Assembly: GCA_043228905.1 (NCBI GenBank)
Contig: JBHGNT010000013.1
Location: forward strand, 9,300,001-9,364,000
DNA length: 64,000 nucleotides
DNA from: Azolla caroliniana
Taxonomy: Eukaryota > Plantae > Polypodiophyta
Reading direction: 5' to 3'
A program made the position numbers and the translations under genes. The number at the start of each line of letters is the position of its first letter. Position 1 is the first letter of the stretch. Positions 24,545 through 36,730 of the stretch are shown one piece after another. The notes under the pieces were generated by a model that saw only the letters and a program-made list of their open reading frames with translations, made no database searches and was not told the DNA's origin.

Positions 24545-27500
24545 TATAGAAAGTAGCGTGCGGAAGCAGGTATGAAGACCGAACAGAAGGAAGAAAACTC
24601 AGGTTTAATGGAGAGCTTGAGCTTACGCAGTATACGCGGGAGAGACAGAGAGAGTGAGAGAGAACACAAGAACTATATTCAACAATAATACTTAGCCTGT
24701 ACATAAGACGTGCTCAATGAACACTTTTATACAAGTCCTAGAAGGACTGACCGAAGGACTGACCGAAGTACTGACAGTACTTCAATGCTCATCAAGAGCT
24801 CCTACACTAACTCCCAAATATATTCCTCACGGAATATCTTTCCTAATGACCTCCCGGTTTACGCACTCGGCCTAACCGATCGGTCCCAACCGATCCGGTC
24901 CTCGGCTTCTTCAGCCGATCTGACCGATGTTGAGCTTGTCTCTCAACACTCCCGCTCAAGCTCAACTCGAGGCTCTTCGGGATCCTCGGGCTCACAGCTT
25001 CGACCCTTCCGGTCGGCGCGCTTCGACCCTTCCAGTCGGCTTGTCTGCTCATGCGGCCCTTATAAGCTCTTCTGTTGTTGCGGTGTTGACGCTTCTCCTG
25101 CTGCCTTTTCTTCCGCTTGGGCCTCGGTTGATTCAGCGTATCTGAATCAAACATCCGAACCGACTCGGCTACCTCCGATCGGTCTTCGCTCTCGTCCGAG
25201 TTGGCTGTCTCCAACTCGTCTTCGGTCTTCTCGCCCTCGATGGCGTCATCTTCCCCATGCGTGGTTGGCTTTGGCTCTCTCCTTCGGCTGCTCCCCTTCT
25301 AACCTCTTCCGAACTTTTCCGCGGGTCCGCCCTCGGCTTCATCAGCCGATCCGAAGTCGAACTCGACAACCGAGTCAACACCCGAGTCAACCGACTCGGT
25401 GTCGCGGTCTCCGCTCCTTTCCTGCTGCTTTGCTTGGTCGTTCGGGACTGTTCTCCCCCTCAAGTTCGGCACGTCAAGGTGACGCAATCCGAGCGCACCT
25501 GAGAATTGCCGCAACTTGTCCAGACCAAGAGGCTTAGTGAAGATGTCAGCAGTCTGCCGATCCGTCGGCATGTACTGAAGTTTGACTTCCCCGGAAAGGA
25601 CATGCTCACGGACGAAATGGTAATGCACCTCAATGTGCTTGGTCCGTGCGTGGAAAACGGGGTTTTTCACGAGCTGGATGCTACTGAGGTTGTCGCAGTA
25701 GATCGTCGTCGGATTTGACACCTCCTCTTGCAGGTCCGTAAGTAGCTGTTTCAACCATATGGCTTCGCATGTCGTGACAGCCGCTCCTTGGTACTCAGCT
25801 TTGGTGCTCGACAGTGCAATTGTTGGCTGCTTCTTACTGCTCCACGCGATCGTGACACTCCCGAGGGAGAACGCGTATCCAGACGTGGATCGGGGATCGG
25901 CGGCGTTGCCAGCCCAATCAGCATCGGTGTAGCCGACTAACTGCGCGGCTGCACCGGTCCGATATAGCAGTCCGCGGTCCTTAGTGCCGCTTACGTACCG
26001 AAGTACGCATTGCGCACATTGAAGGTGCTCCTCGGTAGGTCGCGCCATGAACTGACTGATCACCCCAACCGGATAACTGAGGTCGGGTCGGGTGATGGTC
26101 AAGTATATGAGGCTTCCGACAATTTTTCGGAACCTCGTCGGGTCGCATACCTTTCCCGTATCGGGACGAAGCTTGACGGTTCTGTCCAGAGGAGTCGAGA
26201 CGGACTTACAGTCAGCCATCCCAAGTTTGAAGAGCATACCCAGCGTGTAATGACGTTGGCTAATCAATATGCCTTAAGGGGTACGGATCACTTCGATCCC
26301 AAGGAAGTAATGAAGGTCCCCCAGATCCTTCATGTCGAACGATGCCGCAAGCTGGAGCTTCACGCGGTCGATTTCACCTAGGTCGACGCCGGTGATGACC
26401 AAGTCATCAACATATAGTAAAATACTAATCGGCCCGAGTCGACCTTTCCGGATGAATAGGGAAGAGTCTGATTTTGTCGTGACAAAGCCCATCCGACGCA
26501 GTTGTTGCGTGATCTTCGCGTTCCAGGCACGCGGGGCTTGCTTCAGTCCGTAAAGGGACTTCTTCAGTCGGCATACTGCCGAGGAGTTCGTTCCGGAGTG
26601 AAATCCAGGGGGTTGTACCATGTACACCTGTTCCTCAAGGTCACCTTGCAGGAACGCATTCTTTACATCCATCTGATGTAAAAGCCACCCCTTCGTCGCA
26701 GCTATTGCGAGCAAAACACGGACGGTCGTCATTTTCGCGACCGGCGCAAACGTCTCATCGTAGTCGATGCCGTGTTTCTGCGCGTAGCCCTTTGCCACTA
26801 GCTGAGCCTTGTACCGGGTAACGGAGCCATCGATGTTGTACTTGACCTTGTACACCCACCTACACCTGATCGGTTTTACCCTTGTTGGTGCGTCAACCAG
26901 GTCCCAGGTCTCGTTCTCCGCCAATGCGTGCATCTCTTCCTCCATTGCGGCACGCCAATTCGCGTCTTTAGCCGCTTCTGCGTAGCTCTTCGGCTCACGC
27001 ACTTCCGCTACACGGGTCATGTACGCATAATGATGCGCCATGTACTTGTTGTATCCGAACCGCAAAACAGGATTCTTCTGGCGGGTAGATCGGCGTAATC
27101 TCACATTAGCCGATGTCGAGGCCTTCTTGGTCGACGCGGACTTCACCTTTAAAGACCCATCACAGGTTCCCTCAGAGTTGGACTCGTGTCGGTCTGACTC
27201 GTTCCTATCCGTGCCAGAATCCGACACCTTCTTCTTCCCTTTCTCTTTGCGCGTAAGCCGTCTCCTCGGCTTCCTGCGCGGGGAATGCACGGCCGAGTCT
27301 CCATTACTCGCCGGCTCTTCATCGGACTGGTCGTACCGACTCAGTCGTCCAATCGGTCCACTTAAACAGAGCGAAATCGGACTCTCTTCGCGGGTCTCGA
27401 TTTCGGGCTCATCCGGAGGCAGCTCGGCCTCGCTGACCTCATCGTCAGAACTCGGATTGGGGGCAGGGTTCGGAGTCGGGGGCAGGTACCAGGAAGCGGA

Positions 27501-30217
27501 CTCGTCAAACACAACGTCACGGCTGACACGCGCTTGTTTGGTGCGAGGGTTATAGCACTTATAACCCTTCTGCTCGTCCGAGTAACCGACCAAGATGCAC
27601 TTCTTGGCCTTTGCGTCCAACTTCCTCCTTTTCTCCTTCGGTACATGCACATACGCAATGCTACCGAACACCCTCAAGTGTCGCAAGTTCGGCTTCGTTG
27701 CGAAATATAGCTCGTGCGCCGACACTTTGTCTCCGATCCGGTTATGGATGTATACCGCGGTCCTTACCGCCTCGGCCCAATAGAACTTGGGAAAGCTCTT
27801 CTGCTCCAGCATTGCCCGTGCCGCTTCCACAACTGACCGATTCTTCCTCTCGGCCACGCCGTTCTGCTCCGGCGTGTATCTACAGTTGAATTCGTGCCGA
27901 ATTCCCATTTGTTGTAGGTAACCGTTGAATTGACCAGAAAAGTACTCTTTCCCGCCATCCGACCGCAGGCACTTGATCTTTCGTCCCGTTTCGGTTTCCA
28001 CGAACCCTTTGAGGTCCCGGAAATAGTCGAAGACTTCGCTCTTCCTATCAATGAGGTAGATCCATGTGTGCCGCGTGTGGTCGTCGATGAAGGAGACGAA
28101 ATATCGGCTCCCGCCAAGACTAACGTTTTGTGCCGGCCCCCACACATCGGAGTGTATAAGGTTGAGCTTATTCCGGCTCCGGTTTCGCTCGTTGGGGAAA
28201 GGAAGTCGGTGTTGATTCCCGAGCTGGCAGGCTTCACAAATTTGTGCCTTTCGGCCACTAAACTTGGGCAATCCGAACACTACCTGTTTCGATTGCAAAT
28301 CTTGAAGCCGCTGGTAGTTGACGTGGCCTATCCACTTGTGCCACAAGTCGATGTCCGACTCGGCTTTTTGTCCCTTTGCGAACATTGCGGTGCCGTCGTA
28401 AGTGGAGTCGAGGATGAACATCCTCCCGTCTCTGCGCCCTTGCGCAATCATACGGCCTTCTTCCTCAATGAAGCACCCAAGGTGTGTAAACCGAACCTCC
28501 ATCCCTTGGTCGACGATCTGTCCGACCGAGACCAAGTTCTTCGTGATTGTCGGAACGTGCAACACGTTCATGAGTTTCCCTTTCTGCCCGACATGGCTAA
28601 GGGGAACTTCTCCGACATTCGCGATCGGATGCGGAGTGTCGTCTCCAGTTGCGACTACTCCAGGTTGTATCGGTTTTTCAAGGTACAAGAACCACTCCTT
28701 ATGGCTCGTCATGTGGTTTGACGCGTTGGAGTCTACGTACCACCCCTCATCCGATCTCGGGGTGGTTCGTTTCATTGAGTTTGCTTCGTGTCTCGTCACG
28801 AAGGCAGACCCTTCTCCGACTCTCCCGGAGTCTTCGGCGTAGTGCGATCGCTGCTGATTTCCCTTGTCGGTATGTACGGAGCCGTTTCCGGAACCGGTTC
28901 TCTCCGACTCAGCGCGCTTCTTCCAGCACTCACTTTTCCTGTGGCCTTTCTTGCCACAGTACCAGCACTCCGCGATGACCTTCCCTTGCCGGTTCTCATA
29001 GCTTCGACTCCCCCTGTTTCCGGAGGGTCCGGAGTTGTTGTCGGCATCACTTCGGTGCCTTCTTCCTTGATCTCGTCGGCCGCCTCCATTGTGCACCGAC
29101 TCGCCTCGTCCTCCACGTCCACGGGGCCTATCTCCCTCGGTGTACAACATTCTGTTGTAGGTGTGCGTGCTTGTAGACGCACCCGCGTGGTTCTCCTCTA
29201 CCAGGAGCATTGACTATAAGTCAAAGAAGGACGACGTATTCTCCCGGGTACACACAACCATTCGGCACGCTCCGAACTTCGACGCCAAACCTCCGAGACA
29301 GATCTGGACCATCTCACCCTCCTCGATGTTCACCTCTATGGAGGCGAGGGAGTCGCAGATATCCTTGATCTTCGAGGTATAGTCCGCCACCGACAAGTCG
29401 CGTTGTCGTAGGTTGCTCAACTCCTGTCGGAGCTGAAGCTTCCTGGTTGTGGTGCTCGCGGCGAAAATCTTCTTCAGATTTTCCCACGCACCCTTCGGCG
29501 TCTTTGCATCCCGAACATAGCTCAATAGCTGTTCGCCTACACACGACGCGAAGCAGTACAATACCCTGCTCGCCGATTGCTCCCACGATGGGAAGTCTCT
29601 GTGTGTCGATTCGGGTGCCGCGTCATTAGCTCCTTCGACATAACTCCAGTAGCCGGGCCCGAGCAGGTACTGGTGCATCTTGTAGGACCAAGACGCGTAG
29701 TTGGTTCTGTCGAGCTTCTCTGTTGGAAGCGAGCTCTCCATGCCTCTATCCATCGTTCTTCTTGTTCTTCTTCGTCAAGCTGTGTCGGCTGCAGAGAGGT
29801 TCTCAACCCTCGCGCTCTGATACCATGTAGAAAGTAGCGTGTGGAAACAGGTATGAAGACCGAACAGAAGGAAGAAAACTCAGGTTTAATGGAGAGCTTG
29901 AGCTTACGCAATATATGCGGGAGAGACAGAGAGAGTGAGAGAGAACACAAGAACTATATTCAACAATAATACTCAGTCTGTACATAAGACGTGCTCAGTG
30001 AACACTTTTATACAAGTCGTAGAAGGACTGACCGAAGTACTGACAGTACTTCAATGCTCATCAAGAGCTCCTACACTAACTCCCAAATATATTCCTCACG
30101 GAATATCTTTCTTAACGACCTCCCGGTTTACGCACTCGGCCTAACCGATCGGTCCCAACCGATCCGGTCCTCGGCTTCTTCAGCCGATCCGGCCGATGTT
30201 GAGCTTGTCTCTCAACA
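24545..30217 (-). mobile_element. Full-length Ty1/copia element D
   Basis: LTRs 24545-24948 and 29826-30217; TSD GTTAC; PBS TGGTATCAGAGC 29814-29825(-); PPT-like GAGCGGGAG next to 24948. Confidence 0.96.
25299..29753 (-). pseudogene. Element D gag-PR-INT-RT-RH polyprotein, nearly intact
   Basis: ORFs 29214..29753, 26274..29210 and 25299..26267 in one frame with two stops; all copia motifs present. Confidence 0.94.
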
Positions 30218-31037
30218 GTTACTGTTGGATGTAATATACAATTTCTTGTATAGATCTCTCTCCCTCTCTCTCTCTCTCATTCTCACTTGTCTCACGTGCG
30301 CACACACACACACATAGACCTTCTGATGCACAGAATCACTCTCGATTCTCTACAACAACTCGTGTGCCAACACCTTATCTCTGATTCGATTTTGGATGTA
30401 GATCGTGGTCCGGACCGCTTCAGCACAATAGAACTTGGACATGCTCTTCTCCTCCAACATTGCCCGTGCTGATTCCACAATTGACTAGTTCTTCCTCTCG
30501 GCTACGTTGTTCTACTCTAACGTGTATTTGCAACTGAATTCTCGCCGAATTCCCACATGTTGCTGTTACCCGGACAAGTATAGATATGTCGGAGTTGGAA
30601 GGATGTTCGAAGTCAGAGTCGGAGTCGGATCGACAGTTCGGATCGATGACTCAGCAAATAGCCAAATAGGACATAGTTAGTTACGAAGTTTTGTAATTCT
30701 TGATAATTATAAGAAGTAGGATTTCTTGATGAGAAAAGACCTTCGGGTTACCTATAAAAGGAACCAAAGGCATTGTAAAAATCTATCGTTGTATTTAGTA
30801 ATATAAAGTTTGGTTAGAAAATCTCTGTGTAAGAATTACTTGTTGCTATCTATTTCTTTCTGTCTAAACTATATTACATAAGTCACGATCTCAGTGTCTG
30901 TTATCATCGATAAGTTTACAGATAATTAGTATCTATTTGTCTAACCACAACTTCTTGATAGAATGTTCGGTACGAACGTTCTTCTTATACTGTGTCAACA
31001 AAGTAGTAATTGTCGACCAAACAACATAGTATAATTT

Positions 31038-31050
31038 TGGCACGCCCGGT
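31038..31050 (+). promoter_or_regulatory. 5' PBS of E (tRNA-Arg(UCU))
   Basis: TGGCACGCCCGGT, 11 nt after the 5' LTR end; tRNA identity recalled. Confidence 0.8.
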
Positions 31051-31290
31051 TACATCTGCATATAGCAGAGAACAAGACGAATGGATGTCGTCTTGTCTGA
31101 ATACACCAGTCGGTTGTAAACGTCCTCGTACGCGTTTTGTTATGAAGACGCTAGAGACAGAATCGGCTGAGGGATTATAGCCGGAAACAAGTAGAAGGTG
31201 GTCGGTACTTCCAGATTTAACTGATAGCCAGTCTTCCGACGAAAATCAGCCGAAGAGGTATCATTTTATGATATCTAGAGTGAGGACAAT

Positions 31291-34200
31291 ATGCCTTATC
31301 CGTACTCGAAGTTCCGTGAGGGAGCTGATGCAGAAGCGCATGTGAGGGATTTCCTGACAACATGGGAGATTAACCATGGAGCTCAGAGACTGTCGGCGGT
31401 ACCAAAGATAAGTCTAAGATTGATGAGTTCGTTTTGTCATTGGAGGGTTATTCCACTAATTGGTTTGCGCAAAATGGTCTCCGTGGGTTCGAAATATTCG
31501 AACAATTGAACAACAAATTTCTACAGTTATTTCGTTGTCAAATACCTCAGAAAGATTTGATAGCACAATTTTGTGCGTTGTATCAGGAGCAGTAGGAAAC
31601 AATGTCTCAATTCGTGATATGTTTTCAGAATTTGCAACTTCAAATTTCTAGGCTTATTTCGGACAATGAATTGAAGGATGTATTCCTTGAAGCAATTAGT
31701 GAACCATTACGAACAACACTGAAGGTGTTCGATTTTCGGAATCAGAATATCGAGCAAGTGATTGATAAGGCAATCGCTATGGGCCGATAGCCGATAAATG
31801 TACGGAGTATGGATATGTCAGCACTAAATCGTACACTGCCAACGATGGAGGAGTTACAATTTCGACAAGCAGTTCAGTGTACTACTTGTTTAAATACCAG
31901 TCATTCGACGATCGAATGTAGTCTGCGAACACATTGCACAATATGTCATTCTAAACTTCATTCGGTTGAGCAATGTGAGTATAACTTGCTTAATAAGAGA
32001 ACGGCTCCGGTAAGACAAATTTTTCCGGAAAACGGGTACCACAATAACCAGAATTTATTCAATAATGGATACCAACAAAATAGTTTTCCACAAGGTCAAC
32101 AAAATAATTTTCAAAAAAATCAAGCCTTTCAGCAAAATAAATTCCAGCAGAATCCAACTTTTCTACAAAATAATCAGTCTTTTCAACAAAGTAATTTTCA
32201 ACACAATCAAGATTTTCAACAAAATAATTTTCAACAAAATCAAGAATTCTCGGTAACACCCAATATGCATCAACAACAACAAAATGGAGGACGGTTTAAG
32301 TAGAACCAGTATAAAAATAAAAAATTCTACAAGCCGAAAGCCTCACGACAGTTTCAGCAATCACCGAATGATGGTCAACAGTTTATGCAAAATGATGGGA
32401 CCAGTCAGTTTGAGCTAGGCTAGGGAAGTAGAACGTTTGTTCCTACTTGCTATATTTGCTGTCAAATTGGTCATTATGATAATCAGTGTCCTGCTAAAGG
32501 AAAAGGACTGGCGATTAATATGGTTATACCGGAAATACAACAAGTAACCACTAGAAGCAAAAGTAAACAATCCGAGTGGGAGATTCAGGAAGCAGTCCGG
32601 AAAGCAGCCACGGAATGGGTAGAGGAAGCAAACAAAAATAATGTAAACCGGATGCTCCAAGACAATGAAATTAACCAAGCTACCGAATTACCATGAGTTA
32701 TTGTTGTACCAGAACAAGAGGAAACTTGGAAGCTCTTGGCAGATTGCCAAGTGACATTACCATTGACCGGATTACTTAAGTTGGTCCCTAGATTTACCGA
32801 AAAAGTGGCGACATTGATTGCCCAAAAGGGGTTAGAACAAGTATTGGTACACTATAGTCAGCCGAGCACCAACCCTTCAATCATGGATGAGAAAAATCCA
32901 TCGATTAAAGTAATAATTCAGGGTCAGGAAATCGAAAATACGATTATCGATGGGGGCTCAGGAGTGAATGTCATTAATAAAACCACCTATGATAGGTTGG
33001 GAATTACTAAATGGGAAGATTGCCCATTTTTGCTAAGAATGGCGGATACCACTACGGTACGACCAATTGGTTTACTCTGCCAATTAGAGGTGGTATTGGG
33101 TGGTCATAGTTTTCTGATATCGGCGGTAATACTTCATTTGGAAGCTCCTAGTGCATATCCTTTGTTATTAGGGTGACCGTGATTAAAGACTGCTAACATC
33201 AAGCAGAATTGGAATCAGAATCAACTAACATTCAGAAAAGGCAAAACGAAAATCCGGGTTTTGACACAGAACAAGGTTGCAACAAGCAAACAATGTTTGC
33301 ATCTGTATGTTGAGTCCGTCAATATGATGGAAGGATTAGAGGAGGTCGAAGAAAATCAGTATTTTGATGATAATCCGAAAATCATTCCTTTGTTCGAAGT
33401 AGATATTTTACAAGCCTTGACGCCATATGTGGATTCCCAGGAGGAAATTCCAATAGATGAGCAAGCAATGAAGGAAATACGACTCCAGCAAGAAGCTACC
33501 GATAGAGAAATGAAGGTGTCCCAATGAGTTCAAGCTTTAGCATTGGAGGAAATAAATTTGGCAGAAGGAGATAGGGACAATGAGTTGAAAATGATACTCA
33601 TTGCTAAGGATATGATAGAAGTGGACAAACAAAGGTTAACAACATTATTAAAGCAATATAAGGATGTCTTTGCCTGGTCTTTTGAAGATATGAAGGGACT
33701 AGATCCAGCTTTTTGTCAACATCAAATCAACTTGCATAAGGATGCAAAGCCAGTTCAACAACGCAGGTACCGGTTAAATCCTAATTATGCTATTAAAGTT
33801 AAAGAAGAAATAGATAAACTTTTGAAAGTAGGGTTTATTCGTCCGATGAAAAAATCAACATGGTTAAGTCCAATCATCGTAGTTCCGAAAAAGAATGGCT
33901 AGATTCGGGTATGTGTTGACTACCGAAAACTAAATGCGGCTACCATTACGGATGCGTTTCCATTACCATTTACGGATGGTATATTGGATGCGGTAGCTGG
34001 CCATGAAGTATATAGTTTCCTAGATGGTTTTAGTGGTTATAATCAGGTTCGGATGAATCCGGAAGATCAAGAAAAGACAACTTTTGTTACAGAATGGGGA
34101 GTGTTTGTAGCAGTAGTAATGATGTTTGGCTTGAAGACCGCTCCGACGACATTTCAAAGAGTGATAGAGGAAATATTTGGGAATTACATTCCTGCCTTTA

Positions 34201-36401
34201 TGCAAGTATTTTTGGATGATTTTGTTGTTTATAGTCGGAAAACCGAACATTTTGAGCATTTACGACTATGTTTGGAGAAATGGTGGGTAGGACGACTTAG
34301 TTTAAATCCAGCGAAATGTGCATTCGGGGTCACTAGTGGCACATTATTAGGCCATATTGTCAGTCAGGAAGGAATTGCAGTGGACTCTGACAAGGTTAAA
34401 ACCATACTGGAAGCATCGGCACCCACAAATGCTAAAGCTCTCAGTCGGTTTTTGGGGCAAATTAGATGGCACAACTAAATGATAAGATATCTTGCGGATA
34501 TCGCCATTCCCTTACATACAACAGTACACAAAGTTCCTTTTCAGTGGACAAGTGTGGAATAGGATGCATATGATTGTCTGAAGAAAATGTTGTCCAAAGT
34601 TCCAGTCGTTCAACCACCTGACTGGAATAAGCCATTCCATGTTTTTGTCGACGCATCGGACATCGCAATCGGAAGTGCATTAATGCAGTTAACCGAACCG
34701 AATTGGTACAGGCCAATTTACTATGCTAGTCGGAAACTCTCGACATCAGAAAGAAATTACTCTACCACTGAGAGGGAAGCTTTAGTAATGATCTATAGTG
34801 TCAATAAATTTCGACACTATATTTTGGGGAAAAAGTTTACATTTCATGTTGATCATTCGGCTCTTCTTTATTTGGTCTCGAAACAAGAGTTAACTGGCAA
34901 GTTAGCAAGATGGACTCTTCTACTCCAAGAATTCGAATTCAACATTTTACATCGGCCAGGAGTATAGCATGTAGTGGCCGATTATCTCAGTCGACTGGAG
35001 TCAGGAGAAGAAGGCACATGTGTCAAGGATGATTTTCCGGATGGCCAGCTTTTTCGAGTGGAAGTAGTAAATGCACATGGTGTAAATGAAGAAAGTGACG
35101 ATGATTGGATCTCAGAAATGACAATCTTTCTTACAACAGGGTTACCACCCAAACATTTATCGGCAGACGAAAGGAAAATGTTGGCGGTACGGAGTCGTAA
35201 TTTTTGTCTTTTGAACGACACTCAGTATCATAAAGGAGTAGATGGTATTTGGAGAAGAACAGTATGACAATTCGAAAAATCGGTCATTCTTCAGGAATCA
35301 CACTGTGGAATTGCAGGAGGTCACTATGCTGGAGAAACCACAGCAAGAAAAATATGGAACGGTGGCTTATGGTGGCCGACAATGATGAAGGATGCAGTCG
35401 AATATTGTCGGAAATGTGATTTGTGCCAATGTATGGGACAACCGACAGAAAGGGACCGAATGCCATTTCAACTTGTGTTAACTCTTGAACCTTTCCAGAA
35501 ATGGGGTTTGGAATTTGTAGGCCCATTCAAACCGGCAGCAATAAGAACAGGCAATAGATATATTATAGTGGCTACTGACTCCTGTACGAAGTGGGTAGAA
35601 GCTAAAGCTCTTAGGGATAATACGGAAACTTCAACAACAAAATTTTTGTACGAAAGTATATGGTGTCGATTTGGTTGCCCAATAGAATTAGTGAGCGATC
35701 AAGGTATGCATTTCATTAACAAACTTGTTCATGAATTGTCTACCTACTATGCAGTGGTTCATAAGAAAAGCACGCCTTACTATCCACAAGCGAATGAATT
35801 GGCAGAGTCGACAAACAAAACTCTACAGACGATACTCAAGAAGATAGTAAATGAGAATCGTATGGATTGGGATCAAAAGTTGCACAGTGCTTTATGGGCA
35901 TATCGCACGTCGTACAAAACATCTATTAAATCAATACCTTTCCGAATGGCTTTTGGATTGGAGGCAGTGATGCCAATCGAATTCCAGATTCTGACACTCC
36001 GAATACAAGCAACCGAAAAATTAAATGAACTACAGTCGAAGCAAATTCGGAAAGAATCTTTATTGCTGTTAGAAGAAGACCGACTACAAGCTATGACAGC
36101 TTTGGAGCACAAGCAAAGGCAAACAAAGGCATTTGTAAATCGACACCGACGAAAAACCGAATCTCAATTCGAAATCGGGAAACCAGTACTGGTTTTCCAG
36201 ACCAAGATGGGGGCGATGCCAGGAAAACTTCGGTATAGATGGAAGGGGCCAGTTTGGATTGTGAACAGTAAAAATGGTACGTATCAACTAGGAACCCTAT
36301 CAGGGGAGATTTTACCGAAATGGGTCAATGGTTTCCGGCTTAAACCATATCATGGACACATGCCGGAAAAACCATTCAAGGTTGAATCGGAAGAAAAGTA
36401 A
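31291..36401 (+). pseudogene. Element E gag-pol
   Basis: MPYPYSKFRE.., CTTCLNTSH, IIDGGSGVN, FLDDFVVY, IYYASRKL, WGLEFVGPF; many stops. Confidence 0.92.
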
Positions 36402-36730
36402 AAAAAAAAAAAAACTGTCACGAAGAGATTCTTGGAGTAATTTCAGAAGGCTATAAGTAAAAGTAGTGGAGGCATATTTCTATTAGTCATTATTACTATT
36501 TCTAGCCATTACTCCACTAGTACTCCTAGTCATTACAACATTAATAGTACTTTTATTCCCTAGGCATCATGCAAAAAATTAATCTCTTAAAACCTATTTC
36601 TTTAATGACTGTTTCACCACAGAAGCAGAAACGCATTCGAGCTCAAAGGTTTTCTGATTGTATTCGCCATAACCCACAACGTTTCTCATAGCCACCACTG
36701 AGTGATGATCTGTCAATCGACGACAACAAC

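Larger units (their letters stand above)
1851..30354 (+). mobile_element. Ty1/copia element A (old, degenerate; hosts LINE, B, D)
   Basis: 5' LTR ~1851-4146 (first ~8 nt missing) matches 3' LTR 24401-30354; PBS at 4147; gag at 4283; INT-RT-RH at 21407-24170; purine tract before 24401. Confidence 0.9.
24401..30354 (+). repeat. Element A 3' LTR, interrupted by D
   Basis: TGTTGAGA after AAGAAGGGGCA; resumes at 30218 and ends TACA at 30354. Confidence 0.88.

Noticed and set aside
24710-25537. 275-aa plus-strand ORF and similar antisense ORFs over GC-rich elements
   Set aside because: Shadow frames of LTR, UTR or pol sequence with no domain signal
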